Assembly: GCA_038087875.1 (NCBI GenBank)
Contig: CM075998.1
Coordinates: forward strand, 5,148,001-5,212,000
From: Malacoraja senta
Taxonomy: Eukaryota
Length of the DNA stretch: 64,000 bases
Direction of reading: 5' to 3'
Of the stretch, positions 63,765 to 64,000 are shown one piece after another. Position 1 is the first letter of the stretch. Each line of letters opens with the position of its first letter. The position numbers were made by a program, and so were the translations under genes. The notes beneath the pieces are model-generated. The model was not told the DNA's origin, made no database searches, and saw only the letters and a list, made by a program, of their open reading frames with translations.

Positions 63765-63988
63765 TCATAGGGTCATAAGTGACAGAAGAAAGATGATGCC
63801 ATTCGGCCCATCAAGTCTGCTCCGCCATTCAATCAAAGCTGATTGATCGCTCCCTACCTAACCCCATTCTCCTGCCTTCTCCCCATAACCCCTGACACCC
63901 GTACTGATCAAGCATATGTCAATCTCTGCCTTAAAAATATCCACTGACTTGGCCTCCACAGCCGTCTGTGGCAATGAATCCCACAATT
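63765..63988 (-). mobile_element. CR1 3' terminus
   Basis: Same 3' UTR family as 537-868. Confidence 0.8.
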
Positions 63989-64000
63989 CAAATATACTTC

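Overview
Eukaryotic, repeat-dense vertebrate DNA. The repeat families (HE1/V-type tRNA-derived SINEs, HER1/CR1 LINEs) point to a cartilaginous fish, probably a skate or ray; this is inferred, not shown. The window covers the 5' part of a voltage-gated sodium channel alpha-subunit gene on the + strand, most likely SCN8A. It contains a promoter and conserved non-coding first exon at about 7.8-7.9 kb, and one clear coding exon (62755-62874, [39 protein letters not shown]) followed by a U12-type ATATCCTT donor. I could not find the ATG-bearing exon; it may lie in the 200-N gap at 14114-14313. The rest is intronic or intergenic and filled with CR1 LINEs (one near full length), Rex1/Babar, Penelope-like elements with hammerhead motifs, SINEs, a non-autonomous Helitron and a MITE. 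The most striking observation is a ~145-bp SINE-like element on the minus strand (5708-5851) whose first 54 nt fold into a minimal HDV/CPEB3-like self-cleaving ribozyme. All alignments were done by eye, and comparisons to reference sequences are from memory.
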